Shown one piece after another: positions 50,001-58,241 of a stretch of 64,000 nt of DNA (position 1 is the first letter of the stretch; each line of letters starts with the position of its first letter). The notes beneath the pieces are model-generated. The model saw nothing but the letters and a program-made list of their open reading frames with translations, had not been told where the DNA came from and did no database searches. The stretch lies in NCBI GenBank assembly GCA_965112155.1, contig OZ218100.1; one strand, written 5' to 3'. Source of the stretch: Podarcis liolepis. Taxonomy: Eukaryota. The position numbers and the translations under genes were made by a program.

Positions 50001-53000
50001 CCTGTATTGGGAAGTTTTTTATGCTCTTAATGTTTCACTGTGGTTTTGTATTTTTAATATTTTGTTGGAAGCCACCCAGAGTAGCTGGGGCAACCCAGTC
50101 TGATAGGTGGGGTACAAATAATAAAGCTGTTGTTCAAGGTACCTTGAATGCCAAATAATTAGTAGGCTTTTATTTTTCATCTCAAAAAATATGGCATTCT
50201 GCTACTACTTCATATTCTGTATGGCAAAAAGTAAGCCACGACAAAACTGCAACTAAACAGTTAATGCACCTCTAATAATATGTAAGATAGTCTTTTTTAG
50301 AGAATGAATGAACAAATGTTAAATAATGTTGCAGTAACAGCCGCTATATTGTGGGAATACTACTAGAATCTCTGAATACTGAAAATCAGTTTGTTCAGAG
50401 GAAAGTATCAAGAGAGACATGAAAATATCCACAATCCTATCCATGCATATGCACAAATATACTAGTTTTGGAAGTAAGACCAAGATTTTTTGACTCATAC
50501 TTTCTATTTAACTGCACAGCTGGCAGAAGAACTTTGCTTGACAATTGTGGGTAACCTGATTACACCTGGTGCCAAACTGGGCCTGGCGCTTCAGCAGAAT
50601 GATGAAAAACAAAAATGGAGTATTAATCCAGATGGGAGGATTTACAGAAAGATGAAACCAAACTTAGTATTAGATATTAAAGGTAAGAACTTCCCAGCTG
50701 TAAGTTATAAACAACTCTGAATTGGTATTTAGTGAAAATGAATTTCGGTAAGATAAGTGGATTGTATTGAGTGTGCAATTTAAATTCCACGTTTTTCAGC
50801 AATAGCCCATTATCTTCGGAAATCCTTATGATCTGGTTAATGCAGAGCAATATTTTTTAAAGGCATGCTTTCCATACTGGGTTGGGGTTGGAAGGACACA
50901 CCTTTTGAGCCCTTTTAGCTAATGTGAATTGGTAGACAGAAATCACACTTTTGCCTGGGCCAGTTACTGTAAAGAGTCAAGAGCACTGTTTGCATTAAAC
51001 AACTGCTGAAAACCAAACCACCTTGCATCGATTTGTGATGCTTTTCAAAGAATCTATATAGACTTCAGTTTAATAATAAAGTTTTTATTATTAGTTTTAA
51101 TAACTGGATTCAGATTATTGTCTTTTCTGAACACCTGAGCAGTTTAATCTGTAGATGGCATAGGTATAGTGTCAATTTTTGTAGAGAGTTGAGGATTTAC
51201 TGTTTTATCATAAGCCATGTAGTAAATCTGCTTTTTCTCTGAAAAACTGCATAGGCTTAATATCAAATTACAAAATCATTCTGCACAGACGTATTGCCCC
51301 AAATAAGTTCGGCAAGCTTTGTTATTTGCATCAGAGCAGTTTAGTGTTAATACTCGGTTAGTAAAGTTAATATTTACTGAGTTCCAGTTATACTAATGTC
51401 AGGATCTTTAGTTTAATAGAAAAACAAGGGGGCCAGTGGCAACTCAAAGAGGAAAAGAGTAGCATTTGTCAGTACAGTGGTGCCTCGCAAGACGAAAATA
51501 ATTCGTTCCGCGAGTCTCTTCATCTTGCGATGTTTTTCGTCTTGCGAAGCACGGTCCATTGCAACTGCGCCTCTTCAAGCGGCTTTTTTAAAAAAACGCA
51601 AGACATTTTTGTCTTGTGAAGCAAGCCCATAGGGAAATTCGTCTAGCGAAGCAACGCAAAACCGAAAAACCCTTTCGTCTAGCGAGTTTTTCGTCTTGCG
51701 AGGCATTCGTCTTGTGGGGCTCCACTGTATATTGATGCCTTATTCTAGTTTGTGAGCTGATACTAAGCTTGTACTTTCTAAGTGTGTGTTATGTTGCCCT
51801 CTTGAGGCTGCAGTTAGAACTGACACTAAAAGATAGATGGACTTTTTCTGTAACAAACAAAACTTGATCCACTTGTTCACTACTAGCTACTGCAAAAAAC
51901 CATCTTGAGTAATTTATAAAATAACCAAAACTGTTCCCATAGTTTCTACCACATGATGTTCCACGGCTCATACTTTTCCAGACAAGTTTCTTGCCAATGG
52001 AAATCTACAATACAACATTTGGAGAAAGCAGTATTGTTTTTATTATTGATGTGTAAATTAAATGCCAAATTTGTTGTCGTTTAGTCGTGTCCATGGGGTC
52101 ACGAAGAGTCGGATGATGTCCTGCAGTCTACTTTGAGAATGCCAATTTACATTTTGTTAGTTAAATAGCATTCCTTTGCGCGTAACAGAGCTAGTCACTT
52201 TGAGTAGTAAGCATCCTCTCATAAAAGTCCCCTTGATCAGTTGTGAACATGATATATAATTTTGAGTCCATAGAGGTGAGATGCAAGGATATCAGAGTAG
52301 ATACTCAAAAGATATACAAGCATTAATGATTATCAACATAGGCAAATGCCTGTTTAAAATTTAATAACACAAATTATCATATGATATACAGTGGTGCATC
52401 GCAAGACGGAAAACTCACTAGACGAAAGGGTTTTTGGTTTTTTGAGTTGCCTCGCAAGACGATTTTCCCTATGGGCATGCTTCGCAAGACGGAAACGTCT
52501 TGCAAATTTGTTTCCTTTTTCTTAACACCGTTAATACAGTTGCGACTTGACTTCGAGGAGCAACTCATAGCACGCGGTGTGGTAGGCTTTTTTGAGGTTT
52601 TTGAAGACTTTGGTGATTTTTGAAGCTTTTCCAAAACTTTTCCGACACTGTGCTTCGCAAGACGAAAAAAATCGCAAGACGACAAAACTCGCAGAATGAA
52701 TTAATTTCGTCTTGCGAGGCACCACTGTATACACAGTCTAAACTCTAGTATGATCAGCCACGTTTTCAGGGCATGGTCTCACGTTAACGCAATGCAACAT
52801 TCTAAATAGATGCAACATTTTACCTTTTCTGCAGTGGCTCCCCCTTTGCAGAATGCTCTCCTCAGGGAGGCTTGCCCAGCACCTTCATTACAAATCTTTA
52901 GGCACCAAGTGAAAATATTCAGTCTTTGGCTGATAGAACAATCTATGGCCTTTTAAATGTGCCTGGGATTTTTTTGGTTGTTACGCATTTTTTGTGTTTA

Positions 53001-53984
53001 TTGTGTTTTATGTTGTAAGCTGCCCTGTGAACTTTGGATGAAAGGCAGTATATAAATTTAATAAATAATGACAATAGGTATGGTTTGGTTGAAAACCATG
53101 GGGAATGGCCTGAAAAGCCTGTCTATGCCACCTTGAAGTTCTATCTTGGAAGACAGGTAGGATGTAAATGTAGCAAAAAACAACCACCCTACATTTCCCC
53201 ATAAAACCTTTTTCTGTGGAATAATAGAGCAAGAATGCTTTTTTTAAAAAAACAGCAGGATCCACTTAAAAGCACCATCAATGGAAGCCTTGAACAATAG
53301 GGTTTCCCCCCTCTCTGCTGCCCCCTCAAACTGGCTCAGTGGGGTTGGGAAAACCCCCGGAACGGAGAGGAGGGGGGGATCATTCCATCTGGCATGTTGA
53401 AATGTTTTCACAGATGCAACATCCATCAAAGTGTGACGTTGAATTCCTTGAGATTTACCCCAGTGGACCCAGTCAAACCAAAGTCATGACTCACCTTCTA
53501 TGCAACAAGTTAGGACTTTGATCATAGCTATCTCAGACTAAGCTCATAGTTCCTGGTTATTAAAGAAATTGATTTATGTGTAAGCCTCTTACAGTAGGGA
53601 ATATCTGCTAGATAAGTAAACACATAGCATTATACTTCATAGATTGGGCACATCTTAGACTGAGGATTAGAATTTCTGATAACCAGTAAGTCATGTATAC
53701 TTGCAGGTTGCAAGATAAATTTGCATGGCAGCTAGGGTGCAGGGAAGCAAATGTTGTCTTGAGAGGAGACTGCACAGAAACAAGAATGCCATCCTGCAGG
53801 AAGACAGCAAGTAGAGGAATTGGGGGGATTCAGTGATGCATCAAAGATTTGTTTTCGCTCACAAATGCTATACTGAAACTATTGTTTAATTTTAGGTGGG
53901 AAGCACTATGATCAAAACCACCTCGTTCTCAGTTCAGCCAGCGAAGACAGGCCAACACAGTGCTGGGAACCGCTGGTTGTATAA
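14414..53984 (+). CDS. CRYBG1: CRYBG1/AIM1 (beta/gamma-crystallin domain-containing protein 1), 21 coding exons in window; the 5'-most exons of the long isoform lie upstream of the window
   Basis: Spliced exons form one 5223-nt frame (1740 aa + stop) with consistent phases. Peptides match remembered human AIM1 (KPVLGK..TGRRKN, VLTLDI, LPAKPKxVELNLK, NPRPGK, WxxYExPxFxG Greek keys, LVLDIKG, YDQNH). Tail-to-tail synteny with RTN4IP1. Confidence 0.97.
17153..17422 (+). mobile_element. Tc1/mariner-type MITE, family A (CAGTGGTGCC..GCAAGACG)
   Basis: TA TSD, TIRs, internal gcaagacga repeats; homologous to 51475 and 52389; orientation label is arbitrary. Confidence 0.85.
19390..19748 (+). mobile_element. 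CR1 LINE 3' fragment (degraded)
   Basis: Ends ...ttggacatgatgacctccaaggttcctgtcaactctgtaattgatttta, a CR1-like 3' end. Confidence 0.65.
20396..20563. mobile_element. Penelope-like retroelement remnant with inverted pseudo-LTR arms and a mutated hammerhead motif on the - strand
   Basis: 20396-20433 is the reverse complement of 20490-20527; same sequence family as 38132-38530. Confidence 0.75.
20737..20975 (+). mobile_element. Tc1/mariner-type MITE, family B (CAGTGGTACCTCRGGTT)
   Basis: TA TSD, TIRs, internal taacctgaag repeats. Confidence 0.88.
22462..23227 (+). mobile_element. Non-autonomous hAT element, 766 bp
   Basis: TIR cagtggttttcaac / gttgaaaacctctg; perfect 8-bp TSD agttagac. Confidence 0.88.
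24166..25588 (+). CDS. CRYBG1: CRYBG1 exon (PAKPKNVELNLK...AQKSE), includes conserved PFAMPPIHED..EKIFDP and KRSRLEKSA motifs
   Basis: tttacag|T acceptor completes the CT+T Leu codon; GAG|gtaata donor; ORF 24224..25621 is in the same frame. Confidence 0.92.
25694..25864 (+). CDS. CRYBG1: CRYBG1 exon (SLSDFKNPQFMEKY...PDIE)
   Basis: ctttcag|TCT, GAG|gtgtgt; 171 nt, phase 0-0; MEKY motif as in AIM1. Confidence 0.85.
25976..26012. repeat. (TACA)n microsatellite
   Basis: About 9 units. Confidence 0.95.
27648..27695 (+). CDS. CRYBG1: CRYBG1 48-nt micro-exon (AFSGNNQNKINPRPGK)
   Basis: ttaacag|GCA ... AAG|gtgagg; NPRPGK motif. Confidence 0.92.
27788..27906 (+). CDS. CRYBG1: CRYBG1 crystallin Greek key 1 (VVICSKSDPF...VKVVRG)
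   Basis: atacag|GTC ... TG|gtaaga; 119 nt, phase 0-2. Confidence 0.94.
29928..30166 (-). mobile_element. Tc1/mariner-type MITE, family B, inverted relative to the 20737 copy
   Basis: TA TSD; its reverse complement aligns end to end with 20737-20975. Confidence 0.88.
30367..30529 (+). CDS. CRYBG1: CRYBG1 Greek key 2 (WILYEKPNFEG...RHVVK), followed by a GC donor
   Basis: ttatag|T TGG ... AAG|gcaagt; 163 nt, phase 2-0. Confidence 0.92.
30924..31060 (+). CDS. CRYBG1: CRYBG1 Greek key 3 (DYSICRIDLFTEPEGLG...KVHRG)
   Basis: ttgccag|GAT ... AT|gtaagt; 137 nt. Confidence 0.95.
31206..31721 (+). mobile_element. Non-autonomous hAT element, shorter relative of 22462-23227
   Basis: Same termini; TSD atataagg / ataaaagg; lacks about 250 bp of the interior. 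Confidence 0.85.
32845..32971 (+). CDS. CRYBG1: CRYBG1 Greek key 4 (WLLYEEPGFQG...MRPLKM)
   Basis: ttgtag|A TGG ... ATG|gtaaga; 127 nt. Confidence 0.96.
33461..33496 (+). CDS. CRYBG1: CRYBG1 36-nt linker micro-exon (GGRKVEFPESPK)
   Basis: ttgcag|GGT ... AAG|gtaaaa. Confidence 0.93.
33569..33795. mobile_element. Tc1/mariner-type MITE
   Basis: TA|cagttgtacctt ... gaggtaccactg|TA. Confidence 0.75.
34666..34823 (+). CDS. CRYBG1: CRYBG1 Greek key 5 (VIIYEKPFFEGK...SIKVKGG)
   Basis: ctaaag|GTC ... AT|gtaagt; 158 nt. Confidence 0.95.
34989..35014. repeat. (GACA)n microsatellite
   Basis: About 6 units. Confidence 0.9.
35716..35842 (+). CDS. CRYBG1: CRYBG1 Greek key 6 (WVAYEKPEFAGHQY...LRPVLG)
   Basis: ttttag|T TGG ... 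GGG|gtaagt; 127 nt. Confidence 0.96.
37089..37234 (+). CDS. CRYBG1: CRYBG1 Greek key 7 (SFMQPHMIMYAEKDFG...SINVLSG)
   Basis: ccacag|AGT ... GT|gtaagt; 146 nt. Confidence 0.95.
38132..38530. mobile_element. Penelope-like retroelement remnant with inverted structure and 14-bp flanking duplication
   Basis: aactatgaatagtg at 38118-38131 and 38531-38544; 38145-38294 is inverted relative to 38316-38420. Confidence 0.8.
38393..38430 (+). ncRNA. Minimal type I hammerhead ribozyme motif (Penelope pLTR type)
   Basis: GUAU-CUGAAGA-A-GUGUG(CAUG)CACAC-GAAA-GCUC^AUAC: CUGANGA and GAAA cores, stem I GUAU/AUAC, palindromic stem II, self-complementary AGCU in place of stem III. Confidence 0.7.
39076..39202 (+). 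CDS. CRYBG1: CRYBG1 Greek key 8 (WVAYENPDFTGEQYILDKG...VQPIIL)
   Basis: ccacag|G TGG ... TTG|gtaagg; 127 nt. Confidence 0.96.
39347..39379 (+). CDS. CRYBG1: CRYBG1 33-nt linker micro-exon (DNMSDHTGKFK)
   Basis: ttttag|GAC ... AAG|gtaaaa; position and length match the linker between domains 4 and 5. Confidence 0.85.
40452..40564 (+). CDS. CRYBG1: CRYBG1 Greek key 9 (VQLFSEPEFQG...SKVLSG)
   Basis: ttaaag|GTC ... AG|gtgagt; 113 nt. Confidence 0.94.
41148..41277 (+). CDS. CRYBG1: CRYBG1 Greek key 10 (WIAYDEENFSGNQYVLEEG...FKVVNI)
   Basis: ttgcag|T TGG ... ATT|gtaagt; 130 nt. Confidence 0.95.
41772..41900 (-). mobile_element. CR1 LINE 3' end
   Basis: catagaatcata...agagttggaggggtccccaagggtcatctagtccaaccc, the reverse complement of a CR1 3' end. 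Confidence 0.75.
43586..43713. mobile_element. Tigger/pogo-like MITE
   Basis: TA|ccgtatttatttgaatctaa ... ttacattcgagtaaatacag|TA. Confidence 0.7.
43858..44124 (+). mobile_element. Sauria SINE, 5'-truncated
   Basis: gccaacctagcagttcgaaagca..., gagtcagtcacgactggac, (ACCTTT)n tail. Confidence 0.88.
44809..44948 (+). CDS. CRYBG1: CRYBG1 Greek key 11 (ELSEPTIALFEKEDFNG...DVHGG)
   Basis: aaacag|GAA ... AT|gtaagt; 140 nt. Confidence 0.95.
45088..45425. mobile_element. Degraded hAT-type MITE
   Basis: cagggatagggact ... aggttcctcacccagtg termini; TSD not clear. Confidence 0.5.
47365..47488 (+). CDS. CRYBG1: CRYBG1 Greek key 12 (WIIYEYSNYKGRQ...LRPLLQ)
   Basis: tttcag|A TGG ... CAG|gtaaga; 124 nt. 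Confidence 0.95.
47808..47966 (+). CDS. CRYBG1: CRYBG1 ricin-B trefoil exon 1 (KKAYFRLRNK...EQVWIYQDGFIKCR)
   Basis: ttacag|AAA ... AGG|gtaagg; QxW motif; 159 nt. Confidence 0.95.
49903..50125 (+). mobile_element. L2-type LINE 3' fragment
   Basis: cagagggccttc..gtggtgcctaccctgtggaacactctccc ... gccacccagag ... ggtacaaataataaa. Confidence 0.65.
50520..50682 (+). CDS. CRYBG1: CRYBG1 ricin-B trefoil exon 2 (LAEELCLTIVG...QKW...LVLDIK)
   Basis: gcacag|CTG ... G|gtaaga; 163 nt. Confidence 0.95.
51475..51727 (-). mobile_element. Tc1/mariner-type MITE, family A, inverted relative to 17153 and 52389
   Basis: TA TSD; begins with the reverse complement of the 3' end of the other two copies. Confidence 0.85.
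52389..52727 (+). mobile_element. Tc1/mariner-type MITE, family A
   Basis: TA TSD; TIR cagtggtgc / gcaccactg. Confidence 0.85.
52820..53070 (+). mobile_element. L2-type LINE 3' fragment
   Basis: ccttttctgcagtggctccc...ttaggcaccaagtgaaaa...gtaagctgccctgtga...aaatttaataaataa. Confidence 0.6.
53896..53984 (+). CDS. CRYBG1: CRYBG1 terminal coding exon (GGKHYDQNHLVL...TQCWEPLVV*)
   Basis: ttttag|GT completes Gly; TAA at 53982-53984; third QxW motif. Confidence 0.94.
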
Positions 53985-55461
53985 ATGGCACAGGCTAAGA
54001 ATCAGTTCCATCAACTTTATGAAGACTGGCAGAAAACAGGACATTGGAGCAGTCTTCACAGTAATTTTTAAAAACAATTAACAGAATTTGAGTGAGTGAG
54101 TGAATGCTGTTTGTACCCTTGGATTAAGACCGAGAGACCTACCCCCTTTCCTATTTGTTATTCAAAGGTTAAAACATATTGCAAGCAGTTATTATACATC
54201 ATTGATAAGTTATTCAGAATACATTTTAATCTGGTATTTTAAATTATTTACAAAGACTTGTTTTATTCTCCTTGGCTTCATGCTGAAACAGAATTTACAT
54301 TTTTGCACTGGAATTTTTTTTACTGAAAATTTGCCTGCAGCTATTCTGTTTGGACCAAATATAATGAACCGTTTACTCATAAAATGAACCCAATCAAATC
54401 AGGCAATTTTTAAAATGGAGTTACAGCATTACAGTCAAATGTATTAAAGTACACTCTTAAGCCTGTGGTTGTACTTTTGTATCAAAGACAAATGCATATT
54501 CCATAAACATTTGCTGCCAGATAGAATAGGTTGCCAAATAAGCTGCTCAGTTCCTTAAAAATCTGCATGTCTGCCTTACTTTATACAACGTGGGACTCAT
54601 CCAGACTTCTGCTTGTCTCACCACTTTCCCATAGCCAATAATTTAGCACTGAATTGGAGTAAATGTCACTCATATTTTCTGATTCAGTGCTAAAGTGTGG
54701 GTTTTCCCAGGGAGGGCCGTGGAGAAACAGATAACCCATCAAAGTATGGGACAAGCAGAAGTGTGAATGAGCCCTTAGTAACTCTTTGTTAAAGGTCAAA
54801 ATGTACCACTTTTGAAATGCAAGAGGAAATACTATTCCATAAAATCTGGCTTTGCTAGCATAGTAATTCTCTCTTTTCAAGCAGCTGCACCACCAACAAC
54901 TGTTTGCTTCCCAACTTCTGTGCCCTAAAATTTCTTGGATGAAAATTGTTGCCTAAATTTTCATGTTAGTTTTATACTACTGATAATGTATTCAGAGTTA
55001 TTTCAGTGTTAAGCTCTTCTGTACCCTGCTTTACAACCCATCCTGTTTGTTTCCCATCTTAGCATGTAGTGGGCAGACATTGCTGCATTTGAAAACCCAC
55101 AGCAATAGCTTGTGTGATTAAGTAAAAATTTTATCTGAATTCCACAATAATCCAAATTGTCCCCTGAAAAACACTAACACCTTACTGTTCAGGTGAAAAA
55201 CAGTCTAGAGGAGTTGCAGCCATTCTATAAAGTAGTCCCAGCAAATTGACTACCTATATGCTAAGGTGGGAACATTTTGAATTCCTTGAGTATTCAACTA
55301 CAGGAAAACTCGCATGTTAGAGGCAGTCATGGAGAAGCTTGCATTCTCCTGACAAATATAATAGATGCTTGGTACCTAGGCATCTCTAGCAAACCAAAGC
55401 AATTTTCCAAGAGAAAACAGAAATAGGTTTTATATATAGAAACTTAAGATAGCTCTTAAAG

Positions 55462-55545
55462 TACTACTTTTTCCTAGTGTGAAGATTATTCTGTTATTTC
55501 TGTTACTACTCTTTCCTAGTGTGAAGATTATTCTGTTATTTCTAT
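55462..55545. repeat. 42-bp tandem duplication in the CRYBG1 3' region
   Basis: tactactttttcctagtgtgaagattattctgttatttctgt repeated with 2 mismatches. Confidence 0.92.
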
Positions 55546-55827
55546 TACTTTGATCTTGAATGTTCTGATGCAAACCACTTAATACTATTGCTACTTGCAC
55601 ACCTGGGATGCTCTGTCAAGTGTCCTGAAAAGCTGTTAGGATTTTCCAATTCTGCACTGACTTGGTTAGACAACACTATTTTGTTAATTTGTTTATTAGG
55701 AAATTAGCACACTTCCACTTCAATCTGCTGTACAAATTATTGCTTTTGGTTAAAATATTTCTAGTGTTCTTGATAAGAACCTGCTGCTTATTTCTTTGAA
55801 ACTTGGTTTTAAGGTGTGTTACTTAAA

Positions 55828-55881
55828 AATAAACATTTTTCTGTGCCCCAAACTATTGTATAAACATATTTTACAAATAAA
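55828..55881 (+). terminator. Candidate CRYBG1 polyadenylation signals (AATAAA at 55828 and 55876)
   Basis: Two AATAAA hexamers about 1.85 kb after the stop, followed by T/GT-rich sequence; an earlier ATTAAA lies at 54443. Confidence 0.55.
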
Positions 55882-56598
55882 TATTATTCTGATGAATTCT
55901 ATTGTGTATGTTTACAAACAGCTCCAAGTTCTGGCAAAAGTTGCAGGGAGCATAGATGAAGAGCAGGAACAACAGACTGCTGATAAAAATAGCATATTAC
56001 AGCCGTTCTCTACAGGGCCAATAAGTTATTCTGAGTCTGAGCGTGGCACAAAATGGAGCATAGAGGGATAATTATGGGTGCAGGATTAGCAAAAGTCTTT
56101 CAGAAGCAGTCGGTATTAGCTTCATGAGATATGGCTATAAAAACTGAAAAGACTTGCCTCCAGTGTGGGGGGAAAGAGGATAGACCTATTACACTTTTCT
56201 CACAGTGATTCTGCACATACACAAGTGATTGACAGTTCATACACTGTTGATGCCAAGGGTATCTACAGAAGCAAAGCATTAATGTGAATCCTTAGCCAAA
56301 ACAAAAAGCTTTTTAAATATCCCTTTCCATACACCTTAAGGGTTTTCCAGCCTGTCTTCAATAAGTTTTATGAAAACGTTACATTTTTGCTTCCTAAAGA
56401 CTGTGCATTTAATGACCATGTTTCATGGTGTCATAACAAAAAATCATTTCAAAATAAGAATTCTATTGCTGCTGCAGTAACAGAGCATTAACCTCTAGAT
56501 ATTAGTAGCTTACCAAAGTCCCATGTAAGAAAACTCACATAGGAACTATAGGAACTAAAGAAATTTCACAGAAATCAGAGTACCTAGACAGAAAATAT

Positions 56599-56712
56599 TT
56601 ATTTATCTGTTACATTAATCACCGTTTTTCCACGTGCATGCCCTTCTTCCATCTTCTGGAAGGCCTTGGGAACATCAGAAAAGGAGAAAACTTGATCAAT
56701 AACTGGATGTAT
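56599..56712 (-). CDS. RTN4IP1: RTN4IP1 last coding exon ([37 protein letters not shown])
   Basis: ccccctgcag|ATA acceptor on the - strand; [12 protein letters not shown]-terminal motif of this MDR/quinone oxidoreductase-like protein; TAA at 56599-56601. Confidence 0.95.
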   Translation of the reverse strand: MHPVIDQVFSFSDVPKAFQKMEEGHARGKTVINVTDK

Positions 56713-58101
56713 CTGCAGGGGGGGTGGAAATACATTGTTATTCTAATAGTTTGTATACAGCACAACAGCACAAACCCACAACAAAAATATTAGCATATAG
56801 CATTAAAAGATAGTAGCAAACATTTTCAGTTTGCTTGAAACTAGCCTGCTTCCCCTACAGATTGTGCATCACTGTAGCTATGCATCTCAAGAGGACTAAA
56901 TATTATACCTCTGCAGAAATAAAGCATTTCTCAAGAAAGAGAATGCAGGTTTTCCTTTCAATATTGTACCCTTATTGGTACAAAAGCAATCAATTATAGG
57001 AGAAGATCGTGAAGATCTAGAAAAGGGCAAAACACATGATCAGGTGTATCATTTTTAACTAAATGAAAAACAAAAGCTGCAGATATTTTTAGTGATGCCC
57101 CACACACTTCAAGCAGTTATTTATCTGGAGTAGATGAAGCCAAACACTTTGTAAAACACATGCACAATATAAACAGCCCTTTGATTCCAGGTTTATCTGC
57201 TCTTTCTTCCAATATTTTGGAAGAAGAAAATGGGAGGGGAGCAAGAAGGAAGGACCCAACATTTAGAACATTAATCCCACCCCCCCATAAGTGTATTATC
57301 TCTGTTTGGTTGAAAAGCACATCCTGGCACCATCTAATTATACACATAACTACAAGGCTTTAAAAACAACAGAAAACTTTTGTGTCAGCACCCCAGTAGT
57401 TCATTTCTCTCCTACAGGTGGACTATATGACCTTTATACAGAGTCATACCATTGGTCTGTCTAGCTCAGTATTGTCCACAGTGGCTAGCATCAGCTCTCC
57501 TGGAGTTCAGAAACAAGTTTCCCTAGCCCTACCTAGAGATGCTGGGAAATGAGTGGATTCTTCTGCAGACACAGCAGATGCTCCACAACGAGCTACAACC
57601 CTTCCCTTCTATAGGTGGACTTTTAATAAGCATTGACACTTTAAAAAAATACTTTAAGAGTATATTTTGGGGGGAGCGTTTCAAATAAATGTCCTAATGA
57701 ACTGCACCACCACCGGAAGGCAATAAAATGTGCACTGAACACAACTGACTCTGGCACCCACAGATTCAGTGGCAGAGTGGATGAGCCCAACAGGCACATG
57801 AGCTAGTCAGGATTCTCCCTCATGTGGAGAAGCTCTAAACATGTAAGCTGGTGCACATAGAGGGCTCCATCACACTCTTTACCAAATGGGTGGCTGCCAT
57901 GAATGCTCAGGATTAGCAATACAAAACCCACTGCAAGTCTTCAGTCTCCCAGCTGCCACTGCCTTAATGCTGACTACAAACAAATCAAATCTGCAAGTGA
58001 TCTTCACAATTGAAGCTAATGAGTTCTTCCATTAAAACAAGCCTCGCAGCTCAGAAAAAAAGTGAAATAGGATAATGAGGAACATACAGTAATTCCACAC
58101 A

Positions 58102-58241
58102 CAATTGCTCAAATCGGTAGAACATAAGACTCTCAATCTCAGGGTTGTGGGTTAATGTCCCACATCGGGCAAAATATTTCTGCATTGTAGGGGACTGGGC
58201 TTGATGGCCCTGTGGTCTCTTCCAACTCTGCAGGTCTATGA
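58102..58241 (+). mobile_element. tRNA-Lys-derived SINE with CR1-like tail
   Basis: Head resembles tRNA-Lys(CUU) (gctcaaatcggtagaacataagactctcaatctcagggttgtgggtt); tail tcttccaactctg..tctatga. Confidence 0.75.

Noticed and set aside
58102-58175. tRNA-Lys gene
   Set aside because: The T-loop/B box is degraded (ggttaatgtccc), the anticodon is altered and the sequence continues into a CR1-like tail, so it is a SINE head
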